Shown one piece after another: positions 31,993 to 42,295 of a DNA stretch of 64,000 nt (the stretch's first letter is position 1; every line of letters starts with the position of its first letter). This stretch comes from Diplonema japonicum. Lineage: Eukaryota; Protista; Euglenozoa: Diplonemea. The stretch is from positions 372,001 through 436,000 of the forward strand of contig OZ025729.1 of the NCBI GenBank assembly GCA_964019335.1, written 5' to 3'. The notes beneath the pieces are model-generated. The model did not search any database, was not told where the DNA came from, and was given only the letters and a program-made list of their open reading frames with translations. The translations under genes and the position numbers were made by a program.

Positions 31993-34164
31993 ATGTCACT
32001 AACGGTAGCGGTGTGCGCGTTGCTCGCAATTGCCAACAACGATGCCGACGGGGCAGTGGACTACATCAGAGTGTCCGAGTACGAAAGGTCCCTCCCTGGG
32101 GTGGCCATTGACAAGGAGTGGGAATTCAACTGCAACAGCGTGGTGCACCTTGAGTGGTACGTCACGTACTTCGAAACGGAAACACCCCTCCTTGTGCAGC
32201 ATGCGGGCGGCGAGCTGATGTACCACCCCCTTTCAGGAGACGAAGACCCGACCAGCCTGCAGGGACCCCTTCGCTTCACATTCAATGATGAGTTCTTCTC
32301 AGGAAACGTGCGATTCTCGATCAGGCTGCAATGCGGCAATGGTAACTCCTCTTTTGTGCCCGAAGGAGCCACGGGGGAAATCACCTATCCGGATGCGAGC
32401 GGTGCCGAGGAGTGGGAGGTCTACTGCAAAGACACACTGCACCTCGTATGGGACGACTACTCCATTCCTTACGCACCTGTGGGCTGTGCGGTGCAGGATG
32501 GAAATGACTACTTGCATGTTCGCATCGGCGGTTCGACACAAGTGGAGAGAGTGCTTCCTTCCGACAAGCCAACAAGCATAACAGGGCCTGTGAGGTTCTT
32601 CTTGGATGCGAACGAAAGCAGCAGCGATAACAGCTTCTCGTTCCGCTGGTCGTGTGGAAAGAAGTTTGAAGAGCTGCCCGACGGAGCAGTGGACTACATC
32701 AGAGTGTCCGAGTACGAAAAGTCCCTCCCTGGCGCGGCCATTGACAAGGACTGGGACTTCAACTGCAACGGGACCGTGCACCTTGAGTGGTACGTCACGT
32801 ACTTCGAAACGGAAACGCCCCTCCTTGTGAAGCATGCAGATGGTGCGCTGATGTACCACCCCCTTTCAGGAGACGAAGACCCGACCAGCCTGCAGGGACC
32901 CCTTCGCTTCTCGTTCAGCGACGCTACATTCTCGGGTTTTGCACGATTCTCGATTAGGATGCAGTGCGGAGGTACGAGCACACCTGTTGATATCGGAGCG
33001 ACCGGGAGTGTCACCTACCCGAAAGGTGATGCTGAGGAATGGGAGATTAATTGCGAGGACAACATCTTCCTTGCGTGGGACGAGTTCTCCATTCCTTACA
33101 CGGCAGTGGATGGGTGCAGCCTGGAGCGAGACGGCAACGACTACTTGTATGCTCGTATCGGTGGCTCAACTCAAGTGGAGAAAGTATTAGATTCTGACAA
33201 ACCAATGAACATGTCCGGCCCTGTGAGGTTCTTCTTGGAAAGGACTGAAAACAGCAGCCAGGGTAGCTTTGTCTTCCGCTGGTCATGCGGTACGAAGGTA
33301 GTAGACCCAACTCCCATTCCAACACCTATGCCCACACCTGTTCCCACACCTGTCCCTACACCGGTACCCACCACGACACCACTCGCGGACTCGCTGTGGT
33401 GCACTACGGACGCTGACTGCACGGTACTTGGGGACGGGTCGGCAGTTTGCTCATCGGGGAGGTGTTCATGCGGAAGTGGGTTCGTGAACCCCGAGCTGGA
33501 CGGGCTTGTGGCCTACGTGTGCGCAGGGAACGGCACACAAGCGAGCTATTTCAACGAGAACAGCACGGTGCGCGTGGACGCGGTGTTCGCAGCAGGCGAC
33601 TGCACCGTGTTCTTGGGGAGCGCAGCACAGCAAGCGGCCTTTGAGAAGCTTCTGATGGACGCACTGGGGGTGCAGAATGTGGTGGTGGTGTACCAGTGCG
33701 GGAGTGTTCACTTCAGTACCCAATCGGTGGTGTCAAACAGAAAGCTGTCTGACCTCGGGAACGCACTGAGCGGGCTGGCTGCTGGGGTCCTTGCGAGCGA
33801 TTCCCTGAAGGGGACTCTGGGGGCAATGCAGGTTACTGGGACATCCACTGGCTCGGGGCTTGTGGGATGCCCTACAGCAGGGGCCTCAGGTTCAACACGG
33901 TTGAATGGGGTGTGCCATGCGACGAGCTGCAAGACTGGGTACACCTTGGGGAAGATCGGCTCTGTAAACACGTGTCTTGTGAGCCCCACTCCTTCCCCCA
34001 ATGCTGATGATGATTTCGAGACCACTCCTGGCATCATCGTGGTTGTGGTGCTGTCGTCTGTTGTCATCGTGGCTGCTCTTTCTTATTTGGTCTACAGGAT
34101 CTGCCAGAAGGCGTCTGGACTCTCGTCAGACAGGAACGCGCCTGTTACTCGTTATGATGCTTAG
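31993..34164 (+). CDS. Type I surface protein with an internally duplicated CUB-like region, PT repeats, EGF-like module and C-terminal TM
   Basis: Signal peptide; ~210-aa repeat x2 (DGAVDYIRVSEYE..); PTPV repeats; C..DADC..C..CSCGSGF; TM IIVVVVLSSVVIVAALSYLVY. Confidence 0.8.
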   Translation: MSLTVAVCALLAIANNDADGAVDYIRVSEYERSLPGVAIDKEWEFNCNSVVHLEWYVTYFETETPLLVQHAGGELMYHPLSGDEDPTSLQGPLRFTFNDEFFSGNVRFSIRLQCGNGNSSFVPEGATGEITYPDASGAEEWEVYCKDTLHLVWDDYSIPYAPVGCAVQDGNDYLHVRIGGSTQVERVLPSDKPTSITGPVRFFLDANESSSDNSFSFRWSCGKKFEELPDGAVDYIRVSEYEKSLPGAAIDKDWDFNCNGTVHLEWYVTYFETETPLLVKHADGALMYHPLSGDEDPTSLQGPLRFSFSDATFSGFARFSIRMQCGGTSTPVDIGATGSVTYPKGDAEEWEINCEDNIFLAWDEFSIPYTAVDGCSLERDGNDYLYARIGGSTQVEKVLDSDKPMNMSGPVRFFLERTENSSQGSFVFRWSCGTKVVDPTPIPTPMPTPVPTPVPTPVPTTTPLADSLWCTTDADCTVLGDGSAVCSSGRCSCGSGFVNPELDGLVAYVCAGNGTQASYFNENSTVRVDAVFAAGDCTVFLGSAAQQAAFEKLLMDALGVQNVVVVYQCGSVHFSTQSVVSNRKLSDLGNALSGLAAGVLASDSLKGTLGAMQVTGTSTGSGLVGCPTAGASGSTRLNGVCHATSCKTGYTLGKIGSVNTCLVSPTPSPNADDDFETTPGIIVVVVLSSVVIVAALSYLVYRICQKASGLSSDRNAPVTRYDA

Positions 34165-35135
34165 TTTCTATTCCTTTAAAGCTTTTTTTTTCATTTATTT
34201 CACAGTGGAGCTATTCACTTATTTCGTTAATTTTAATCTGTAGTGAACCGGTGGGGTTTAAAGTAAAACGTATTTTCATGGCAATAACTTAGTAGGAAGA
34301 GAAAAAAAAAAGAAATAAGGTTATTGTTTCTGTGCTTTGAACCCCCCCCCCCCCCCGTTATATTATCGCTCCACAGTGCAAGATTTTTTAAAAATCCTAG
34401 TGTGTTCAACACTGATGATAAATAGCAAGAGCAGGATGACGAATCCAAGCATAAGATGTTTGGATAGGAAAGAAGGAGGGAGAATGAAAGAAAGAAAAAC
34501 GAAATTAGAAAAGGACGTGCCAGAGTTCTTTCTTGTTCTTTTTTCTTCTTTCTTTCTTTCTACTATTCAACAAGTTTTTAGAATGCACAGACATGCTCTG
34601 GCTAGTGTTTGTCATCAATTGGAGCATTTTTTATTCCCCCCCAGTGTCTCTGATCAGCTTTGAGTATCTGATATAGAGGCCTGTTGCCCAAAGTTCTCTA
34701 CCCCCTTTTTTTTTTTTACTTTTGTTTCCCTCTTAATATTTTCGGGGCCATTGCAGTAAGTAACTCGCCAGCAGTTTTAGTACCATGGAGATTCTACCTG
34801 GTCAATTTGTTGGTTTTTCTTGCTTGTCCCGCCTTTGAAATATTAGCCTAGTGTGGTTGAAACTGCTATTTTCTTCGTGTAAACCAATTTTTTTTTCCTT
34901 TTCTGCGTCCCCTTTTTTTTGGGTAATGAACCAACTTACTTACCACAAAAGAAAAAGCCATAAATATAACAATTCTTTTGTTTACAAACTTCTCCAGGTT
35001 TTCACCCGGCACGTACAAACAACGGCCAGTTGTGTGCTGGGGCCCCGCAGGCATGACAACAAAACAAAAACAAAAAAAGGGAAGAAATTGGAAACCCGAG
35101 TTAAAAGTATGACATCTTTTGTTTTGTTGGTGATA

Positions 35136-35170
<35 letters not shown>

Positions 35171-35201
35171 TATTTTACAGCTCAGTTTCCGTTTTTGTAC
35201 G

Positions 35202-35239
<38 letters not shown>

Positions 35240-36041
35240 TAGTAGCATGCGAGTTTTTATTCTCCCAGGAATTTATACCGTGCGCTAAAAACCGACTCTT
35301 TTTCTTTTTTAAAGGGGCGTCTCACAACACTTCAACTCAATATATATTTTTTTTCTTTTAGGGGCTCAGGTGGGTTTGCCCTCAACATCGCCGTTTCAGC
35401 TTTTTCTTTTTCTTTTCTTCCATCAGTCCCCCCTCCCACTTTTGATATGAGCGTCTGTAGAAATAAAAGAAGAAGAAAAATGAATTTTTGTGCAGACAGA
35501 ATCCTTTTTTTTAAAAGCTTTTTCGCCCCCGGTCTGTTGCGACGGTTTTTTGCTGAAAGCTTTTTTTTTTTATTACTTTTTTAGAACTGCGGCACCAACT
35601 TTTATGTTGATAAAGATGCATTTTGAAGAGGGAAAAAAAAAAAAAAAAAGAAGCAAAGGACCAAGCAAACGGCGGAACTCATATTCCTTTTTATTTCCCC
35701 CCTTTCCTTTAAACCTTTTTTTATTTCTTCCCCGATACTTTTACAAACCAGAGATATGGTTTATTCTTATCTTCTAATTGTTTTTTTTTTTTCTTTTTGG
35801 AAGGAGAAGAAGAGAGGAAAAAAAAAAAAAAGATCCCCCCCTCCGGGCCGTAAACGGGCTGGATATGTTTTCGAAGTTTCTTTTTTTTTTTTTTGGGGAG
35901 CTTTTCACGAACATCGCTGCGGGACAGCGATGGAGTGTTTGGCCCAAAAAGAAAAAAAAGATTTTTTTTCGCCCCCTTTTTTTTAAAGTTTTTCGAAGTT
36001 TTTTTTTCCCCCCCTCCACTCTCACTCAGGGTCCAAAAACG

Positions 36042-38471
36042 ATGCCCGTTCATGTACCTTCGAAGCTGATCATCTTCGTCTCCACAGTCGTCTCAACCTT
36101 CATCTCGCTTCTTGCAGGATACCTGCTTTATGCAGAGAGCATCTCTGTCCTGCGCTCCGCAGTCGACGACGCCAGCGCGGCAGCATCGAAAAGTGCAAGA
36201 CTGAGATTGTCAGGCATGCTCAAGGACACCGTAAGAAACGCAGAAGAACGAATCCTTCTGTTCAACAGAAACGACATCTACAATGTCTCGGATGGCATGC
36301 GCAAGCTCGACGAGCTGTACCACGCACAGGCCTTCGCATCGCTGAGGTCGTCTGAAAACTTTTACGGCGGCGGGTACACCTTGTCTACAAAGACAGACCG
36401 TTGCCCTACTTGCACACAACCATGGGACGACTTAGAAGGCTACACCAAGGTGACTATCTGGTACGACCCCATCTTCGATCTTGAAGGGAAAGACGCAAAA
36501 TTCTGGCTCACCGGAAGGACCGTGCCCGAAGGGAACAGCAGTAACATAACGTGGATGAGGTCTTTCAAAGCCCTTGACAGCGATACAGGCGTGCTGGTGG
36601 ATCAAAAGCAGTATGAGAACATCCTCCCTACCCCGTGGACCATCAACGTGTCCGCGGACATCGAGCTCACAGAGGGCACCTCTGTCAACGGGACATGGTC
36701 GCCGTCCTACTTCTGGAACTCCGTCGATGGCACACCCTACGCCTACGTGGCCTACACTGTTAAGTACGAGCCTGATTGGGGGAAGGACGAGTACATCTTC
36801 CTCATGACCAGCTGGTTCATGTTCCACCCCTGGACGTCCATCATCAGGGAGTTCAAAACAACGCACACCGAACTGGTGGCTCTCGACACAGCTGCAAGTC
36901 AGGTCTTCGCACACACTGTGTACGAGGGACCGGTGGCAAGTGTCAAGCCGGAGTGCTTCTTGCACTGTTTCACTTGTGCCGACAGAGCCGGCGTCGACTG
37001 CGTCATGCACCCCAGCGACCTCGGGCCCACCATATCCGCTGCTGTGAGTAATTCAATGACCCGCGAGCGTGGGACATTCTTCACGTCCGACCTGCCGTCT
37101 ACAAGCCAGCGCATCCATGTCAGGTACGGGGCCACCTATGATTTGACGGATTTAGGCAAAAGAAACCCGAAGCCCCCTTACAAGCAAGACTACTACATTG
37201 ACTCGAAGTTGGACGGCGGGGAGTACTTCCTACGCTTGACGCACTTCTACACTGCTGGGGGTACCACCTATGAGCTCCTCTGGATGCGCTCCGTCGCCTC
37301 TGTGAACGAGAAGGTCTTCGCTGCACTAATCCAGCTCATCATTGCATCTGTCGTGATCTTCGTGGTTGACATCGGAATCGCCGTTCTGGAGGTGACCCTG
37401 ATCGCCCGCCCGCTGGAGAAGCTTGTCATTGGAAACCAGTTCTTGGAAACGATGGATCTTGACGGGGCAGAAGCACATATGAAAGCAATGTACAAGCCCA
37501 TTATGGTGAAGGAGGTGGCCCGTGTGACTGATGGATTGCTACTAGCGATTAAGGGTTTGAGGGAGTACAAGGCGTACCTCCCAAACACCTTGTTCGTTGA
37601 TGAGTCTGACGAAGCCGACAGCGTGACCTCAGCAAGCACACGGGTGACGGAAAAGACGAACCAATCGACCAAGGCAGCGGTTAACGGTGGGATGCAAAAC
37701 CTCGCGATGAATCTGCAGCACTACAAAGGCGCGGTGGTGCGGCTGTCCTTCGTCGAGGAACTGTACCCATCGTTCCCAGACGACTTTGGCGCGCTTGTTG
37801 AGGTTGTACACGAGACGGCCATGGCGACAAGGGGCCTTGCTCACGGGTTCTCCGTATCCGACCCTCTCACCTTCACGCTGACATGGAACGTAGGCCTGCG
37901 GTGCACAGACGCAATACTACGCGCCGTCAGCTACTGCAGAGCCATCTCATGCTCGTCAAGAATATCACAAAGAGCAGTGCCTGTCATGGCGGTGGCCTAT
38001 GGTGATCTTCTAGCTGGTAACCTTGGGTCGAACACACACAAGGGGTTCGGTGTCAAGGGGACCACCATGCAGGAGCTAAGAGGTATTTCCGCTGTCGCAG
38101 ATATCGTCGGCTTCAACCTGACCCGCTCTGTTACACTGGTCTCTCCTGTGGTGGCCGAAGGTGTTACTGGCAGGTTCGGACTGGGTGGTGTGACCTTACT
38201 AAAGGTCAATGGTGTGAAGAGAACCCTTATAGTGTACGAGGTGGGAAGCTTCATTGAGGTCAGTGAAGAGGAATGGATGTACCAACTGGAGGAGGCTGAC
38301 ACTGCTGACCCTGTGACCGATGCTTTTAAGGAGCTGATCGCAAATCCGGAAGCAAGGCCTACAAGTCATTTGAGGATAATGCACCCAACCGACATTCAGG
38401 TCTGGGCCATGAAGAATATCAGTGAAGGGCGTGCTATGATGTCCTATTCTAGGGCAGGGGCGACTTGGTAG
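36042..38471 (+). CDS. Receptor-type degenerate nucleotide cyclase (TM, large extracellular domain, TM, HAMP, cyclase-like)
   Basis: ATG after polypyrimidine-CAG at 36029; IARPLEKL HAMP, LREYKAYLP, AGNLGS, EEWMYQL; paralog at 54983. Confidence 0.8.
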   Translation: MPVHVPSKLIIFVSTVVSTFISLLAGYLLYAESISVLRSAVDDASAAASKSARLRLSGMLKDTVRNAEERILLFNRNDIYNVSDGMRKLDELYHAQAFASLRSSENFYGGGYTLSTKTDRCPTCTQPWDDLEGYTKVTIWYDPIFDLEGKDAKFWLTGRTVPEGNSSNITWMRSFKALDSDTGVLVDQKQYENILPTPWTINVSADIELTEGTSVNGTWSPSYFWNSVDGTPYAYVAYTVKYEPDWGKDEYIFLMTSWFMFHPWTSIIREFKTTHTELVALDTAASQVFAHTVYEGPVASVKPECFLHCFTCADRAGVDCVMHPSDLGPTISAAVSNSMTRERGTFFTSDLPSTSQRIHVRYGATYDLTDLGKRNPKPPYKQDYYIDSKLDGGEYFLRLTHFYTAGGTTYELLWMRSVASVNEKVFAALIQLIIASVVIFVVDIGIAVLEVTLIARPLEKLVIGNQFLETMDLDGAEAHMKAMYKPIMVKEVARVTDGLLLAIKGLREYKAYLPNTLFVDESDEADSVTSASTRVTEKTNQSTKAAVNGGMQNLAMNLQHYKGAVVRLSFVEELYPSFPDDFGALVEVVHETAMATRGLAHGFSVSDPLTFTLTWNVGLRCTDAILRAVSYCRAISCSSRISQRAVPVMAVAYGDLLAGNLGSNTHKGFGVKGTTMQELRGISAVADIVGFNLTRSVTLVSPVVAEGVTGRFGLGGVTLLKVNGVKRTLIVYEVGSFIEVSEEEWMYQLEEADTADPVTDAFKELIANPEARPTSHLRIMHPTDIQVWAMKNISEGRAMMSYSRAGATW

Positions 38472-38856
38472 GTTTTTTTTATATTTTTATTATTCACATT
38501 TCCCCATTTCATAAACCCCCATTTCACTGGTGGCTTTTCTTTGCTGCGATCAACTGGCGGTGGTGCACTTGGGTCTCAAGTTCAATCGAGTGACATTTTT
38601 TTCATTTTGTGGTTTCATTTTTGTTTTTATAAGGGTGTTCCTCAAGTGGGATTTGTCTTTTCAACATCGCCTTTTTTTCTTTTCTTTTCTTTTCTTTTGG
38701 TCGTTGCAAGACCGCCTATAGGAAGTATTGGACGATTCGGTTAACAGAATAGTTTTTTTTTTTTTTTTGTGGGTTGTTATTTAACTCCTATCATCGTAGC
38801 GAGATTTCTTTGTTTTTTTATTATTTTCTTTTTATTTTCTTTTTTTTTTTTTTTTT

Positions 38857-38911
38857 GCTGGAACAAGTAAACAAATTTTGAAACCGGCTTGCACAAACAA
38901 TCAGCCGACTC
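38857..38911 (+). mobile_element. 55-bp mini-derivative of the YR retrotransposon termini
   Basis: gctggaacaagtaaacaaattttg fused to ccggcttgcacaaacaatcagccgactc; embedded in poly-T. Confidence 0.8.
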
Positions 38912-39120
38912 TTTTTTTTTTTTTTTTTTTCCCCGCCCCTTCCCCTATCGTAGTTAACATTAAAACATTTTTCTTATCTTGATAAAAACTGACAACGCAA
39001 AAAAAAAAAAACTTATTTGTCGGATTTTTTCTTCTTTTTTTTTTTGAAAGGAAAAAAAAGGGGGGGAGAAAGAAAATATTTAAGAATAAAAAAAAGCACG
39101 CAGTTTGTTTTTTTTTTTGT

Positions 39121-39156
<36 letters not shown>

Positions 39157-39481
39157 AAGCAACTTTTTTTTTATTTGTTTCAGATACCTTGCATTGCAGA
39201 TTCTTACTTGACACCCAGCGCTACCCATAAAGGACCGAAACTCAAAAAGCAAATGTTTATTTTTTACTGAATGCGAAAAGATATAGCAGTGTATGAAGTG
39301 TTCAAAAATAAGATATACCATTTTATATATTCTTGCCCAATTTTTAAAACAACAAAGCGGTCCTTTATGGGTTTATTAAGTTGCAATTGAGAGATCTTAT
39401 AATATAAGCAGAGTTTTTCAAAAAGAAAAAGAAAACCCCTCTTTCACTAAGCCCTTTTTGTTTTTTGTTTTTTTGTTTTTT

Positions 39482-39521
39482 GGCGGGCCGTTGCTAACCA
39501 CTTCGTTCCTATCATAGTGAA
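39482..39521 (+). repeat. ~40-nt LINE 3'-terminal tag
   Basis: Identical to 53598-53637; T-runs on both sides. Confidence 0.85.
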
Positions 39522-40278
39522 TTTTTTTTTTTGGCTAGTATTTAAGGGTTGAAGAGCTAGTATTACCTAGTTAACTAAGACCTTATGCTGACGAAGGGAA
39601 TTCTTTTTTTTTTTTTTTTAATACCAATTGGAAAGGGCCAGGGAGGGAAGCTGCACTTGATACTGCAGTCAGCTTTAGCCGCCCTTTTTTTTTTCTCTTT
39701 TTTTTTTCCTCTTTTTTTCCCCAGACAAACTTTTCAGATACATGTGCAGCAGATGTGCTTGAAAGCTTTTGATAATAATGTCGTGCTTTCTCCCCCTTCC
39801 GTTTTATTTTTGTTTCTTTTTGTGGTGGATCGTTGCCAAGCCGCCTTCTCTCATCGCAGTGAATTTATAGGAAATGAATTTCGCCCCTACGCAAACAGAG
39901 AAAAAAAGAAAAGATACAAAAGGGAAAGAAAAAGAAAGAAAAGAAAAAAGAGGAGAAGAAACAGAAAAAAAAAAAAAAAAAAAAAAAAAAAAGGAACAGG
40001 AATGCGGTAAATTTCTATTCATCTTCTTCTTCTTTTTATTTTTTTTATTTTCTTTTTTATTTCTTTTTTATTTCTTTTTTTATTTTTATTTTAATCTTTT
40101 TTTTTTTTTTTTTCAGCGGACGGCCGTTACTTTTTCTTTCTCTCTCTTTTTTTTTTAGTTTTTTTTGCTGGAACAAGTAAACAAATTTTTGAAAAGAATT
40201 GTTATTGCAAAAAAGAGTAGAGGCAGCTTGTCCGTTTATCCCTACTGTAGGTGAAAACGGCTTGCACAAACAAAAAAT

Positions 40279-41276
40279 ATGGCTTGCGCAGACATCGACC
40301 CGTCGGAGTTATCGGTTATACTATACCCGGAGGGGGCCCCCGCGGCGCCGGCGGACCCGGACTGTGCTGCCGGCTGCGACCGGGAGCACAAAACGGGGTT
40401 CCATTGCCCCCGATGTGGTTGCCTGGGCAACGAAGCGTGCCTCAAGCAGGTTCACAAAAGAGACGGAACGCACCTTCTAAAGGACCTGGGCTCCAGGGGT
40501 TGGATCTGCCCCCGATGTCTATGGGCGGTCCAGAAGGAGGGCGAACCTCTGGTGCTGCTAGGTTCCCCCGCTAGGGAGGAGAAACAGGCCCCCGTCCTGA
40601 CGGAGGGGCTGATGCCTACAGGGCATTCTTGAGCAGCCCGGGGGGGCTCAAGAGTCTGGGTCTCGCAGACCAGGAGGGATCCTCCGACCCCGCAGGTCGA
40701 GGAGAAGGCCAAGCAGGCCTAGGAGGGGGCCAAGCAGGCCTGGAAGGAGGCCACGCAGGCCCAGGAGGGGGCCAAGCAGGACTGGTGCCAGACGAGCTTC
40801 CGTACTCGGTGGACACCAGAAGAGTGACGTCCTGGGTCGGACACGTCACACACGCCCATCTCAGACGTCAGCTCCTTGGAAACATCCGGACTCGCTACGG
40901 ACCGATCCCGGAGGACGCCCGGGACACTGCGCGTGGACACGAACACGATGTTCGTAGGTTGTTCCGGTACCTGACGCAGATCTTCCCGCTCTTTGCCACG
41001 GTAGGGGAGGCCCTGTTTCCGCTGGCGCACGATCTCATGGTCCAGCTGGAGTGTTGCCGTATCAGGGCTAAGGCTCCGGATCGCCAATCCGGCATGGAAA
41101 GGGCCTTGGTGTACGAGGAAAGGCTGGAAGGATTGGAATGGACGAAGGTTGATGGCAATGTCATCAGCGCCGCGGCTCGGCTGGCGGCGGCGGTAAAGTC
41201 GGAACCTCTTAGGTCAGAACCCTCAAAGAGACCGAATTACTTCCACGGTGGGGGTCCAAAAAAGGCGAGGCATTGA
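40279..41276 (+). CDS. gag-like ORF with an N-terminal PHD-like zinc finger (frame change near 40630)
   Basis: CAAGC..HCPRC..C..WICPRC, GGQAG repeats, helical C-terminal region. Confidence 0.6.
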
Positions 41277-42295
41277 CAGCTGACTCATCCACCATCCCTA
41301 ACTCGTATCAATCAGAACAGTACTTCTCTAGCTCCCGTCAACGGTTCCCTCCCCCCGCTCGCTCCTCTTTTTCATTTATCAAAAACGTTTCTCACTCCCT
41401 CTGCGACTCCGAAAGGTCGGCCGCGATTAAACGACTATTCGATCGCGAAGGAGGAAGTGGGACCCCTACTACTGCAAACGCAAGAGTTCATGGGGACTTG
41501 CTACAAATCTCAAGACTCGGTGGTCTCGGTCCTTCGCAGGGGCCGGCAATTCGCGGAGCAGGTACGCAGATGGCATCCGACGATATCGGAGGAGGAGGCC
41601 TTCCTGCTATGGATAGAAAGGAAACGCAGTGCGGGGCAGATTTCCGCTTCCTCCGCACTACAGTACATGACTTACTGGCGGATGGGTCAGGTCGGCCCGA
41701 CGGCAGCCTATCGTCGTTCCCTCCAAGGGAGACTGGAGGTTTTCAACCATCGCCTAGAAAGCCAGAGGATTCTGGTGTCACGGGAGCAGGTGCTCAGTGT
41801 GATCTCGTCCCCGCAGGACATGTTGACGGCTGCCCTGTCCTTGCAATGGAGCACGGCCGGTCGGTTCGTGGACGTAGAACGTCTTCTAATAGGGCACGTG
41901 TTCCCCCGCCCCGGGGAGACCTTGATCATGCTGGTTGGCGGGAAGACCGACCGACAAGGGAAGGGTCAGGGGGTCGTGGTCCCGTCGGACGGAAACCTAT
42001 TCGCGCCTGCGAAGCGGTGGATCGAAGGAAGGAAGCGGTCGGCTACACCGGACCGAAGGGTCTTCCCAACGATATATCCCGCGTAGCGTACAACCGTTTC
42101 CTGATGAAGAGCTTAAACGTCACGGCTCACGACATAAGACATGCGGCGTTGACTCACGTGGCGCGACGTCTGGGGGAAGGAGCGGCCCAGAGCATGGCTC
42201 GACACGCAGAGGCGTCTACAACGAGGTTATATATACCTCCCGAGACGTGGCAGGCGTCGGCGGAGACACGGGCGGGAGGCGCCAGCCTGCAGTGA
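41277..42295 (+). CDS. Tyrosine recombinase (frame change near 42080)
   Basis: TAGRFVD (R), GKTD (K), HDIRH (HxxR), ARH, TRLY (catalytic Y). Confidence 0.85.

Noticed and set aside
38900-40160. Poly-Phe/poly-Lys ORFs in intergenic regions
   Set aside because: Translations of homopolymer tracts
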